From Glycera tridactyla (taxonomy: Eukaryota): a stretch of 64,000 nt of DNA. The position numbers were made by a program, and so were the translations under genes. Where the stretch lies: NCBI GenBank assembly GCA_965644265.1, contig OZ286464.1, positions 46,376,001 to 46,440,000 on the forward strand. Reading direction: 5' to 3'. How positions within the stretch are numbered: position 1 is the stretch's first letter; each line of letters opens with the position of its first letter. Of this stretch, positions 14,301-29,300 are shown piece after piece. The notes beneath the pieces were generated by a model. That model ran no database searches, had not been told where the DNA came from, and was given only the letters and a program-made list of their open reading frames with translations.

Positions 14301-17300
14301 ATCTTTATCACAACCATATTTCTGATTATGGCTTCTCCCTCCTATGTACATGTGCTCATCAGATACTGGGATAAGAAAGCAGATCTTGCACGAGATGTGC
14401 TCCTCATAGACTTCTCTATGTATGCATGTGTGAATAACCATCTTTCAATACCTCTGGCTTCATGATAGGCACAGTGGATATTGAAAGATATTGGCACATA
14501 TTTTGGTGATCATCCTCTTCGTCTATTGCTTGATGATCACTGATCATGTTAGTGTTTCTGGAGATACAGTCTCACTTTGTGTTACACATTCCCACTCTCA
14601 CATCAAGTTGCTAGTCCAGTATGATCATCCAGATTTGTACTAAACAGAGACCACCCTCTCTTAGGTTTCATTGTCGTGTACCATGTATATGGTAATGTTG
14701 TATGTTACCCAGCATCACATTATCAATAGCATGTTGGATTTTGTCTATTTTGCCTCCCATTTATTTTACAAGTACAGTTGATTGGAAGAGTTTTCCCTGG
14801 GCTTCATGTCGTACCTACACATGTTCACGATACAGGGATGTCTCAACATACAAGTGAAAGTGTGTTCCATATTGTTAATATTCTAGCTTGAAACTCCCAC
14901 AGTAAAGCCTTAGTTTGAATTTGTGAAAGTTTCTAATTCATGCCAAAAACACAGGCTTTCATTTTTGACAGAATGCATGTCCTCATGTGGCGCATGTGAT
15001 TGATGTTCCGGACATCATCATTGACCAGTGATGATGGTTTGTGAAAACTTCTATATGGTCTGATTTCTGAGCATGAGTGTTGTTCGTTCAGGTCAGATTT
15101 GAATGTTCTGAGTCTGAGTTGATGTATCTGTCGACAACGAATTCCTGCTCGTTTGGGTTATCAGAAGAATTATGCAAACTTTGGAAGGAATATTTTAGGA
15201 GAGTTTGTCTTTGATCATACATGCAGTTTCTAAAGAATGAGCTGGCGTGTATTACTGCAGGATCCAATACTCGCTCCATTTGACTGAAATCTAACTCGCC
15301 ATAGTCAAAGATTGCCATTCAGTCCTTGTCACTGCAGTGTTTACTTCTCAATAGCAATGGCATCATTCTATGTATTGAATGAAAAATAAATAACAAAATG
15401 AAGAATGCATATCAGATTTTAATAACGTTTTCCTGTACTCTTTTTCAGGCTCTTCAGAATGATGAGCGAGCACGGAGGTACCATGCAGACTATGTGTCCT
15501 ACCAGGAGTCGCACACACATAGTAACCAAGAGGTGAGTGCTCCTCAGAGGTGATTAACTAGAGGTGACTTTCTCACTACCATCTACTGCAGTGAAACCTC
15601 TCTTGAGAGACCTCTCTTTTGAGAGACTGCTCTTTATCAGTTCATTTCTGTTTGGCATAGTCAAATATACCTCCAATGAGAGACCACCTCTCTTGAGAGA
15701 CTGCTTGTGGTTGGTATTTGGAGTGATCTCCCAAGAGAGTTTTGACTGTACTCAGCCATCAGGAATGCATTGGATATTTTGTCCATTTCCTCCACCCCCT
15801 TTCACTTGCTTATTTTTCATTTGTGATATACATGACTCCGAATGAAAAATATTGTATAAAAGAATTTCAGTGCATGCTGCATTGTGGGACCTATTCTGAA
15901 TGCTGACTTGAACAAGTATGATTCAAACATATAGATTTATTTTGGGATGGTGTGAGACTAGTTCTAAATAGATTTTATCATGTGAGAAATAAATACCATT
16001 GTTGAGTGTATTTTGTATGAATGAAATTTAAATTTTGATTTCAGTTTAAAGACAATGAAGCACGACTCCAACAACTTGAATTTGACCTCTCTGACGCCCA
16101 AGGTGAGCTTCAGAGACGTAAACATCAGTTGTCCATCCTTCATGAGAATGTCAGTGAGCTTAAAGTTGAGCTTGCAACACTCAAAGAACAGAAAAATGCA
16201 GCTGAAAAAGAGGTAAGAAGCATTTTAATATTGAGAAGTGTCGATGCAGTTCATGCACATGCTGCAGACACATGCACACATTCACATTTGTACTGGAATC
16301 TATCGAAATCCGGCTATTTTTGCGCCTTTTCCCCCAATGAATTGCGCACACGATGAACTACAGAATAGTTCCGATATTTCGCGAAATGACTGCCAAGATG
16401 GGTGGTGTCATCATGTAAGGCGCAAAAAAATTGCAAACAGTGGCAAATATATGTAGTGATGGGAACTATTATTTGTTCACTAAAATACTGCTTCGAAAGT
16501 GGCGCTGTGTGTTGAACACGTACAACAAGGCGCCACCATTCGTACGACGGTCTTCCTGAGAACATGGCATGTATGCATTGTTTCCCTGGTTTCGAATCGC
16601 CGATCAGCTGTGATCATGATCGGAGCAGGTTGTCGACAACAAACTTGTGAATGTGAGTATTTCTTAGTAAAACATGCATATACGTGTATGCACAATTCTA
16701 TATATCCATTACCTGGGATGTCAATATTGTGGTCACATGGATGCTGAATACTGTGTATACTTGAACTATTCATTTGGTGGGTATTTGAAGATTGTGTACA
16801 ATCAGCTGTTCAGTGTTGCTCAGTGCATGCGTCTCATCAGTGGTGCCAATTTTCCGAAAATTTTCGGGAATCTGAAAATTGGGTGAAAAATGATAATTTC
16901 CAAAATTTCTAAAATCTGCTTGGGAGATTCAAAATAAATACTTTTGATGATATGATGCGGTAGTTTCAGAAAATATTTTCTATATTTCAGAAAATTCAGT
17001 TTCATCCCATTTGCTCATGGTGAAAACAGATCTGATATTTTGTTTGAGTTAACGCTAGTGGGGGGTTACGAACATGATTGATCGATCAGTGTTGATTGGA
17101 TTTATGATCAGTTTCATTAAAGCCATATGAATTTAAGTTTTGCATGGTTGTATTTGTCTCATCACGGGGACATAATTCCAGAGATTTATATTTTTCAGTG
17201 CATTGTACTCTATGTCAAAGTATACTCGGTGGAATTGGCAAGGACATTCCAGTAACTTGACAATTTGTGTTTCATTCTTTTCACAGATTCAACAAGTGGC

Positions 17301-20300
17301 ATATCGTGAAATGTGGTATGTCGAGTGCTCGTGATGACAAAACCGAAGAAGCAACATGAGGGTTCGTGTCAGTATCAGCCTGAGTGGGAGCAGGCCCCAT
17401 GTTCAAGGACTGGATTGCAAGATGCACTTGATGCAATGTGTCTTTTTATATTGCCAATATGGGGACATATGCTGCCCTGTCCCATGTGGAGGGCAAGAAG
17501 CATCAGAAGAATCGGGCACTTCAAGCACCATGCAACTCATTGACAGCTTTTGAGATCTCTGTCAAAAATAACACCACTGTAGTCCCAGAAAGTTCAACAG
17601 AAGGCGGTCCTGACATCCCTTTGCTCCCACCACTAACTGCTGCAACAACCAATCAAGTGATGGATTTCGGTGCAAAAGTGCGATGGGTTCTTTGACTGAT
17701 CGTAAATCATCAATTGTATAATTCTTCATCTGATGCCGTGGAAGATATGTTCCCAGATGATGTTATTGCCAAGAAGTTCAAGTGTGGTGAAAGGAAACGA
17801 GCTCACCTTGCAGTGTTTGGCATTGCAGAATATCTCCTGTCTCTGCATAAAATTTGATCAATTGCTATGATGTTCGAAGAAAGCCTTAACGAAAAACTAC
17901 AACAAGAGCAGATGGATATCCATGTGCAATTCTGGAACCAAGAGTTGAACCAAGTCGTTTCATGCTACTTCGGTAGCCAACAAGTTGGTGAGTGTTTAGT
18001 TTTCCTCCCCCTTCCATTCCCAGAGTCACAAACGTCAACAGAACTCTACCTGTCTCATGACATGCATGTTATAGCCCATCGATAAAATATCAGATTTGGA
18101 GTTCTCAGCGGATAGAACATCATACATACCTAGTATTTACAATCGGTCAATCAAACTATGGCACATATGAAGCTGGGAAAAATAGCCTCCATGTTTCATT
18201 TGAGGAGAAATTCATCTTGCAGAATTGAATAAAACCCATAATATTCATGAATGTCATCAATGAGTGATAGTGATGACAGGTTAGTGGTTGGTTTCTCCTG
18301 TGCTGGTGCAAAAATCTTCATATTTTCAGTACTTATAGCATCTATCCTCCTTTTGTTTCAGGCCATGGAACTGCTGAGATGCTTGTGGACCACTTTGTGG
18401 AAGGGGTATTGGAATCAGGGATGAAAGTGGAAGACCTTATTCTAATTGGGATGGATGGTCCAAACGTCAATTGGAAATTGCATGATGATCACGACACCTG
18501 GCTGCTGAACATTGGATCATAATGGTCCACATGTCGTGCATAATAGTATCAAAGCTGGGATAAACATAACTGGATGGGATCTGTGTAGTTTGCTCGGTGC
18601 TCTCTACTACCTACTGAAGAATTCACCTGCAAGAAGATACGACTTCATGAAATTGAGTGTGGCTACCATCATTCCTTCCCAAGTTTGTGAACCAACGCTG
18701 GCTTGAAAATGTTCCAGTGGTGCAACGGGCAATTCACATTAGGGATGGGGTGGAGTTGTATGTGAAAGAGGTCAATTTAACCAAGCTTTCAGATCCCAAA
18801 AATAAATCATTCGCACTCATTCGCCAGGCGGGACAGTTCAAGATGGATGCAAACAATTGCATGATTAAGATCGATGAAAGAATGATGGCCACGTGTCCAG
18901 TCGCCTTCTCTCTTGCCTGATATCTTGCATGTCTCGAACAAGTAAGGATGGCCAACCAGCCTGGTAGCTGCGCAACGAGATTATGGAAGTTGCCGATGAT
19001 GCTTGTCCGTGCCGAGAGGGTGAAGGAGGATGAGCCTGACAACTTGATGCAGCAGTACAGCATCATCCTTGACTGCATTCCTATGTTTGGCCTAGAGAAA
19101 TTTGAGAAGTTTGATCCCTCTGCTGACAGGATAGCTGTATATTTGCAGGATTCATGTCTAGTGACAAGTATGACAAACATTATACTGTGACAAATTTGTT
19201 GTTCTGTCACATGGGTTCAGTGTGAATAAGGAAGTCATTGTGGAAAACATGAGTATTTCAAGTATTTCGGAGAAAACCCTTGGGCTAATTATACATTATG
19301 AATAGTAGCGTGTCATCTGTGATGATGTGAAGAGTGTTTGGAAGTGATGAAGGTAGATTTAACCCAGCCTCTGATGAAATCTGCTAGATCATCCAATTTG
19401 AGGTGTAATAATTATCCTGAGCTTGAACATGAGGAAAAAGAGGACTGAGGTGCAGAACAACAAAAAGAAGTGGCTGGTAGTATTTTCAACAGTAAATGAC
19501 CTCTATGAAGACCACCTCCCTACATAGGCCACTTTTTTATGCGACTGAGGGCGGTCTTTATAGAGAGGTTTGACTGTATAGTTTTTGTTCCAGCAAGGTG
19601 ATAATAGTGCAATCAGATCCAGTGATTTCCCTGAAGTTGGTTCCGTTGAATAATAGAAATCCAGTATCAATGAGGTTCGATTGGGTAGTGATTTTGTAAA
19701 TCCATATATTTTACCAGTCTGTAGGGGATTTTGATGAATCTTTTGATCCAGTGTCAACTACCATGATCTTTTTCATGCAGAGTCATACATCCAGTGAGCT
19801 GTGATTCTAGTGTGGATGATGTCTCATGATATTTCGAATATCAAATTGTAAACAGAGTTTGTGAATTTCTAGTCTGATATGATAATATGTCTCCAGCCTG
19901 CTGTGACGTGAACCATGATGTTTCTGACATGTTAGATATTTTAGTTCTCAATTTGTGTGATTTCCTGGACTGATATGATGTTTGTCCAGGGAGTGATGAT
20001 CCAAATCATCATCACAGTGTACATGTATATTTTCTAGTCTACTATGATTATGTGTCTCTAGTGCAATATGTTGTGTGATTCAATTGTAGCCAAAGAAAGG
20101 TGCTATTTTTTATCAATAAAAGTGTTTGTATAACTTGATACGGGTTCTGTTCTGAAATGTTTTGGGGATGTTCTGGAAATTATCTGGATAAAGTCTGGGA
20201 AAATCTGTTCAGGTGACTATGAACCATGTCACACACCTGATGGATATTTGATCGAAAACAGATCTGTAGAATATGATAGTCAGTAGTAGTCCTTTGCAGA

Positions 20301-23300
20301 ATATGATGGGTGGGAGTAATCCTTTGTAGAATATGATAGCCAGAGGTGATCTTTTGTAGAACATGATTGCTGGAAGTAATCCTTTGTAGAATATGATAGG
20401 TGGAAATAATCCTTTGTAGAATATGATAGGTTGGAGTAATCCTTACTAGAATATGATAGCCAGGAGTAGTCCTTTGTAGAATATGATAGCCAAAAGTAAT
20501 CCTTTGTAGAATATGATAGCCAAAAGTAATCCTATGTAGAATATGATAGATGGGAGTAATCCTTTGTAGAGTATGATAGGTGGGAGTAATCCTTTGTGGA
20601 ATATGATATCTGGAAGTAATCCTTTGTAGAATATGATAGCCAGAAGTAATCCTTTGTAGAATATGATAGCTGGAAGTAATCCTTTGTAGAATGTGATAGC
20701 TGGAAGTAATCCTCTGTAGAATATGATAGCCGAAAGTAATCCTTTGTAGAATATGATGGCCAGGAGTAATCCTTTGTAGAATATGATAGGTGGAAATAAT
20801 CCTTTGTAGAATATGATAGGTTGGAGTAATCCTTACTAGAATATGATAGCCAGGAGTAATCCTTTGTAGAATATGATAGCCAGAAGTAATCCTTTGTTGA
20901 ATATTAAAACCCAAAGTAATCCTTTGTAGACTTTGATAGCCAAAAGTAATCCTTTGTAGAATCTGATAGCCAAAAGTAATATGATAGGTGGAAGTAATCC
21001 TGTGTAGAATATGATAGCCAGGGGTGATCCTTTGTAGAATATGATAGCCAGGAGTAATCCTTTGTAGAATATTATGGCCATTAATAATCCTTTGTAGAAT
21101 ATGTTATGTGGAAGTGATTCTTCGTAGAATATGACAGCTGGAAGTGATCCTTTGTAGAATATGATGACCAGCAGTAATCCTTTGTAGAATATGATAGGTG
21201 GGAGTAATTCTTTGTAGAATATGATGGCCAGGAGCAGTCCTTTCAAGATTGACTATGTGAAAGTTATTTTTGTCTGACATAAATTGCACACCGATCCATT
21301 GAAACAACCAGTAGTGACTCACACCAGGGCTACAGGTGCAAATGACATCACAAATATTATCCATAGTTTCCAACTCTCCATAGTAACATTGAATCGGCTT
21401 CGGATATGGAATGTAATATAGGAGCGCTCACCTATATGCATTTGTGTCGTAGGCCTAGTCATATGCTTTGAGAGAATGTTGTATTCAATCTGCAGGAGAT
21501 CTGTATTGAGCCTCTGATCAGCCCACAATAGAAGTGTTTTGTAAGTAGCCCAAGGGCATGGCATGATAAATACTGCTCAGCATACATAAGCATCTACTAT
21601 AATGCATTTTCTACAGCCTTTTACATGTAATATCAACTCCCTTTCACTCTGTTGGTTAGGATTTATGTGCATAGAAATAAGGCAGAATGTCTCACATTCG
21701 CTATTTTATCCATGCTTCATCTATACGCTGTGGAACAGCTCTTGAATAGTCCCATCCTCACATGACTCCTTTGTGGATGGCATTCTGTACCAAATACTTT
21801 GGTTTGTGGTCATTTATGATTCATACCTCCCGACAAATCTTTGTGTGTTAGGTTGGCTTTCTTGAGCAGTTCCACTGTGAACCATTATCCTAATGTGTGG
21901 CTTTGAAATTCATGGAGAATTGCAGTTAGGTTTTCAAGTGAATATATATCACTATTCATGGTGTAGAATTAAACAGGCCTGAAAAGATAAGTTTTTATTA
22001 GTCTAATGCTTCTTAGGTGCTATTTGATAAGATTCCCATATAACAAAAGATGCTTCTTCCATAATTTACTTCTTATGTCCATTCTCTGAGAGACCCACCA
22101 TGAGTATGTGCCCAGGCTTCACACAGACTCTGGAAATGTTCTTGAAATTTCTGCACATGCAGGAAATGTTCTGGAAATTATACTTTTCACACAGGCGTTC
22201 TGAAACATAGTGGAATGTTGGGATTTGTGATCTGGAGATCACACCCAAGTTGTGGAAATCAGCAGAAACCAGTCGATTTCACTGATTGACATGAACAAAC
22301 CTCATTCAGGCATTATTCGTTCTGATAGATTACGAAATGACCAGAAAGATATGCAGATAAGCCCCATGATAGAGAATGTCAGAAAACTATAAGTAGTTCA
22401 GAAATACAGTGAAACCTGCGACGAAAGACCACCTCCGACGGGATGGCGCTTCTCAAGGGCAGCTTTTTTATTTGACATAGTCAAATATACCTCTGACGAG
22501 AGACCACCTCCTTCGAGAGACCGCTTTAGGGCGGTCTCTCATTGCAGGTTTCACTGTAGTGCCTCTTGTCACTTGTCTTGTTGCTGGCATTAAAACAGGT
22601 TTCGCACAGACTCTACAAATGTTGTGGAAACCACTACCTATACTGGAAATGTTCTGAAAATCATGTTCTGCACTCTAGTGTTCTGGAAAAATACTGGATT
22701 TTTTTTTATTTTGTTCTGGTAATCTCTTCCATTTTCTGGAAATCAGCAAAAACCTGTTGATTTCACTTGTTTTTGCTGGAGAATGATTCACACTTTAGGC
22801 GGTGATAGCAGAGGGACCACCAAGATGTGCAAATGAATGTAAAAAAAAATCATGATTAGTTGAAACATACTGCCTCTAGTCACTGGTGCTGCACATATAA
22901 ATATTAAGAATCACAAATGTTCCTGCAGCATTCAATTAAAATACCATGATCGAATTATTGACTATTTGTGTCTTGTATTTTTGAAATTCTTTCGGGTGTA
23001 CTGGAAATGTTCTGGAAAAACTCTGGATTTTTTTTCTTAAGAAGGCTGTATGAATGATTATAAAAAGAAATCGCCATTATTGATGCAAAATTCATTTATA
23101 AGACCATGGGTAAATGCTATGTGTTCCGGAAATTTTCTGGGGTGAACTGGAAATGTTCCGGAAAAACTGTGTTTGTTCATCGGAAGTCTATGTGAACCAT
23201 GGTGCCACAGTGCCCACACCTGCTTTTCAATTGATACCCTTTCATGGAATGTTAAAACAGGATGGAGCATGAGAATGAAATTCATTCTACCTTTCACTTG

Positions 23301-26300
23301 TACATTTCTTTTTATCTTTCTCCGGTTTGGGCTTGAGATTCTGTTGTGTGCAATTTCATCATGAAAAGCCATAGAATATTCCTTCACATATGATGTCATG
23401 AGGTGATATCTTGTCTGTTATGAAGTGAACTGCTCCATTACATTATTTGCCATACAGTCATTGTTAAGTACATGAACAAGTTGAATGCATGTTCAATTTG
23501 TACAAGATTGAGTTGGATCAATAGCATGAGTCCATTATGGTTGTAGTTCGATATTCGATATTGTGATTGCATTTTCACATGTGATCTCATAGTACGGAGG
23601 ATCATATTGACTCTGTTTATGATGCAGTACGTTTTTATTTGCTAGATTGGTCGTTTGGAGTCATCAGCTCAGCAGATGCAGATGAATATGGCGGCTGATA
23701 CCCAACGGGCTCAGACAGAATTGGTCAAGGCTGAGGAACAGACTAAACTGGTTGAGGTAGAACTCACTGAGTCAAATAGAAAATGTGAGAGCCTCCAGCA
23801 GACTCTCTCTGGCAAAGAGGAACTAATTGGAAAAAATGAGGCTGAACTACGGGGAGCTAAAGACACCATCAATCTGAAAATTGAGGAGGTAAGCGAACAA
23901 TTTTCAGGTGATCCGTTCTAGTTGTTGATTTCAGTTGCTTGACTTGTGTAGGGGCAATCGATTCGCCGGTACACCGATGTTCCTGTGTGCTTTATAAATC
24001 AATTCAAACTACAAAGTGACTATGATCCAAATTTACTGCCTTGATCATGAAATCAGCGCATGCGCATCAACACAGAATTTGGTTATCTTGCTGTCATGTG
24101 ACATCACACCACCTCTACATTCCCCTCCACACAACCTGTCCTGTACAGCTATGATCTTTTTCACAAAGAGCCTTCACATGTCTCATACCAACTATAGTTT
24201 CTCCTCCCATCTCAAAAAAACCATGGATCAGTGTTGATGTCTTAGAATACATGATACAATATGCCTGGTCGAAAAATTGTCTATCAAATAACAGTGTGTT
24301 GTTGCTTTCAACGTCAGAGGATGTTGATATGAACTTCTATTTGTTCTATCATTATATGATGTCTCATAATGGGTCCTCATTTTGTTTCGAATTTATTTTC
24401 ACAGATTGAGCGTCTTGAAGGTGTTGTACGTGAACTTCGTATGAATGTATCCAATCTTGAACGTGATCATCGCCAGGCAGAGAATCAGGTAGGTTCACAG
24501 TGTCCTTCCATTCAGATTACCCGGTACCCTTGATAGATTAGCATTTTAGCTATAGTTAATCCGTGAGGTCAAATGCTAAAGAAGAAAAAAATCATCTGCC
24601 TGAATGATTTGCTAAAACAAAATGTTCATTCCTAGTCGGACAAAGGTGGTGATGCTTTATTGTAGCTGAACATTTTCCTAATTTCATTGGTTTTGATGAA
24701 AATTTGCAATAGGAGAATAATAAATAAGAATGCCATCAATTTTCTTACTGCTGAACTGATTCAATGAAATGCTTTCTAGTTGTCAACAAATTACTTTCTG
24801 AATTGCAAAAATTATTTCCATTTTGCTAAAATCATTCGCTAAAAGATATCTCATCCTAGAGGAATCCCAGAATATTAAAGTTTGGTTCATCACTGTATTG
24901 AATCAGTTATGGAGGTCAGAAAGAGCATGAACTGCACTCCTCTTTCATCCACTCGAAAATTCATTAGTGCCAAGACACCCTCATATAAATGTGTTGAGGT
25001 TGAAATTCGGGCAATTGTGGTTGATTTGATTATTTTTGGATCTCTGTTTTTGAATGTCCACCTGTATTGGTCGTTTTCAGATTGGAGATTTACAAACGGA
25101 AGTAGAACATCACAAATGTCAGCTAACAGAGGCAAGAGGAAATTACAAGGAATGTGCACAGGAGGTAAGCATGAATATTTCTGAACTTGCTATGTCAGAG
25201 ATCTTTCAATAGGCAACATTATGTCAATGGAGAACAGAATATGAGAAACAAATCACAACCATCACAATTTAAGAGCAAAGATTACTATCACTAGGCCAAC
25301 AATAGAACATATCACATCCATGTATAATGTGATTCCCGAAAGTTCATACTTTTCTTATTGATACATGGGTGATACTACCAATCTACCAACTCTAACTCTA
25401 CAAAAATATGTCATTTTTACCTCGTCTCAAAGAAGTTGAGGGGGGTATTGCGGTCACTCCGGCGTCGGCGTCAGCGTCGGCGTCCTCATCTGCGTTAAGG
25501 TCAGCGTTAAGGTCATGTTGAAGTCCCTTTGCTAAGCAACTAGAGGGCCTAGCTCCATATAATTGAGCACACATATACTTCAGTACATTTGCTATTGAAT
25601 CCAGCCATCATCAAGGTGCCATCTCAATGTTCTGCTTGACTAATTTTGGGTTGAAACTTGTGTTTTCTGAAGTGATGGGACTCTGTCATTGGGGGCAATG
25701 TTGAAGTCATGTTGAAGTCACATTGCTCAGCAACTAGAGTGCCCAGCTTCATGGAATTTGGCATGCATATACTTCAGTACATCTACTAATGAATCCGGCC
25801 ATCATCAAGGTAGCATCCCAGTGTTCTGCTTGATCAATTCTGGGATGAAAATTGGGTTTTTGGAAGTAATGGGACTTAGCCATCTATGAGCTATTTCTGA
25901 TGATCTGATTTATTCATGTTCAGTTTGCAGTTGATTCTCCACATGTGTCTTTATCCCCTGTGATTGTATATTGCCCATGGAAGACTGATATATGTGCGAG
26001 ATGGTGATTTTGGGGCAAAAAATCACTTTTTTGAAATGGATGAACTTGGTCATTTCTGGTTAGTTTTTCAGTACCCAGCCACCCCAAACTTGATACAGAG
26101 GGATCTCATAGCATTCCTTAATGAATGCGAGTCATGAATGGGGTCTCCCAAGAGGCCTGGTTCGTTTTGGGGTGAAAATTGGTTTTTCAGAAATGGATTT
26201 TTCTAAAGATGTTGGCCGTCCGTAGGCACACCATACTTGGCATAGATGCAGTTCATAGCATTCCCTAATGAATGCTAGCCATAGATGGGGTCCCCCAACA

Positions 26301-29300
26301 GGCCTGGTCGGTTATGGGGTGAAAATTGTTTTTTCAGAAATGGATTTTTCTAAAGAAGGTGGCTGTCCATAGACAGTCCAAATTTGGCATGGATGCAGTT
26401 CATAGCATTCCTTGATGAATGCTAGGCATAGATGGAGTCTCCTAATAGGCCTGGTTGGTTTTGGGCGGAAAATTGTTTTTTCAGAAATGGATTTTTCTGA
26501 AGAAGGTGGCTGTTCATAGCTACACCATACTTGGTACAGATGTACTTGATAGCATTCCCTAATGAATGTTTGCCGTAGATAGGGTCTCCCATTAGGCCTG
26601 GATGGTTTTGGGGAGAAAATTGGTTTTTCAGAAATGGATTTTCCTATAGATGTTGGCTGTCTGTAGCCTCAGCAAACTTAGCATGGAAGTAGTTCATATC
26701 ATTCCCTAATGAATGCTAGCCATAGATGGGGTCTCCTAACAGGCCTGGTTGGTTTTGGGGTGAAAATTGCTTTTTCAGAAATGGATTTTTCTAAAGAAGG
26801 TCGCTGGCCATAGCCACACCATACTTGGTACAGATGTACTTGAAAGCATTCCCTAATGAATGCTAGCCATAGATGGGGTCTCCCATCAGGCCTGGTGGGT
26901 TTTGGGGTGAAAATTGTTTTTTCAGAAATGGTTTTTTCTAAAGAAGGTGGCTGTCCATAGACAGTCCAAATTTGGCATGGATGCAGTTCATAGCATTCCT
27001 TGATGAATGCTAGCCATAGATGGAGTCTCCTGACAGGCCTGGTTGGTTTTGGGGTGGAAATTGCTTTTTCAGAAATGGATTTTTCTAAAGAAGGTCGCTG
27101 GCCATAGCCACACCATACTTGGTACAGATGTACTTGATAGCATTCCCTAATGAATGCTAGCCATAGATGGGGTCTCCCATTAGGCCTGGTTGGTTTTGGG
27201 GTGAAAATTGCTTTTTCAGAAATGGATTTTTCTAAAAGAAGTTGGCTGCCCATAGCCACACCATACTTGGTACAGATGTACTTGATAGCATTTCCTAATG
27301 AATGCTAGCCATAGATGGGGTCTCCCATTAGGCCTGGTTGCTTTTGGGGGTGAAAATTGCTTTTTCAGAAATGGATTTTCCTAAAGAAGTTGGCTGCCCA
27401 TAGCCACACCATACTTGGTACAGATGTACTTAATAGCATTCCCTAATGAATGCTGGCCATAGATGGGATCTCGACTGGTTGGTTTTGGGGTGAAAATTGT
27501 TTTTCAGAAATGGACTTTTCTAAAGATGTTGGCTGTCGTAGCCACTCCAAACTTTGTACAGATGAACTTTATATCATTCCCTAATGAATGCCAGCCAGGG
27601 ATCAGGGTTCCTGACAATGCTGATCGATTTTTGGGACAAAAGTGGATTTTCAGAAATGGATTTTTCCTAAAGATTGTTGCTGCCCCTTGCCACACACTAA
27701 ACTTGACACATATGCCTTTCATAGCATTCCTTCATAAATGCCTGCAATGGATGGGGACCGATGACAACCTTGCTTGATTTTGGGGACAAAAATGTAAATG
27801 TTAACCAGACGTGACTTCTCATGAGCATCAGCAGATGGATCCAACCTTCGTTTGAAAATTGATTTCCACAGCATGAGTTGGGTCATCTATGCGTTACATA
27901 TATTCGAGGCATCTGAGTTGGCTTCATTGAGACGAGGTCCGCCTTCAGTGAAGGCTATGTTTGTAGAGTTAAAGTTGGTAGGGGTGTCTGAACCATCAGC
28001 TACTTCCACTTGACAACCTTTCTGGTTCCCCATCATCTTGTGTTCAGGGTTTGTGAGAGTGTTGTCTGCAGGGGAGAGAACATCAAACTTTCATTAACCA
28101 GGAACACACGGCATACATAATCCTGTGGGTTGATACATGCCGTTAAGCCTCAAACAAACAAACAAAACACTCAGATAATTTGCATTGTTGCCTTTCTTAT
28201 TCATGAAAAAAAAGGGCATTTCTCCACATTCACTATTTTTCACATTCATTGTGAGTTGCTAAAGATTTCTTCATTTAATTTGTACATCACTATGCAGTGA
28301 TAACTTCTCAAAGCTGTACGATTTATTTCTTCTGAATGCATGTGTGTTGATCAATACTCATTTGTGATATTCCCAATGTTTTCACCCCTATCATGCATTA
28401 TGATCGCATTGTTTGCAGCTCGCTCATCATGAAGAGAAGGTTGTTCTCCTGGAACACAGCATTGCCAGCACCCAGGAGCAGCTGTCTGCACGAGTTGCAG
28501 AAGGCGTTCGTCTTGAACAAAACATCCGCCGTCTCACTACCGAGGTCAACACATTGACTGAACGATGTGGCTCAAATGATGAGGAAATTAGCCAACAGAG
28601 GTCACTGATTGACAAGTTACGGAAGGACGTACTTGCTGCGAAGGAGGAGACTCACGCTGCTATTCAGGAGGGTATGGCATACAAGCAGCAGGGATCTAAA
28701 TTCGCCGTCGAGCTCGAGGGAGCACGTGATCAGGAACGTATGCTCACCGAGCAAATTGAGCAACAGGACACCTTACTTGCACAACTCCAGCAGGAGTTGA
28801 AGGATGAACGCGCAAGGCAACAAGAAACCAGTGATGGTCTTACGCAGGCCAAGAAACTTGTGTCAGAACTTCAGGATGAGATTGACCGACTCCAACGTCA
28901 GCTCCGTGACTCTACAAATAAAGTAAGTACCGGTAGTTCTCGTCAACTTAATTTTATATATATATGCTGCCATTGCAGGGCAAGAAGTTTATGCTCTTGG
29001 CTTACAAGCCTAATCAGACAAATATGACCCCCCAATTTTCCATGATCAGTTAAAAATATTCTTGACTGGTTTATATGAATTGCCCCAGAAATGCATGTAG
29101 TTCATTTGCCAGTCCACAAATTTTGCCTGCATCAGCCGAGAGGGTAACTCTCCACATCATTATTGATTATCGGACATGAAAGTGGACCTAGATGCAGGCA
29201 GTTCAGGACTGAAATCCATTGGAATATCACACTACAGTCTTGAAAGATGTCAGTCCAACAGCATGATTGCACTCTTCTGGAATTGCATGTGGGCATTATT

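Noticed and set aside
20180-21246. 244-aa and 136-aa minus-strand ORFs as genes
   Set aside because: They are products of a 30-bp (10-codon) tandem repeat, with no splice or start context.
26699-27259. 186-aa minus-strand ORF
   Set aside because: It arises from the 147-bp (49-codon) satellite unit.
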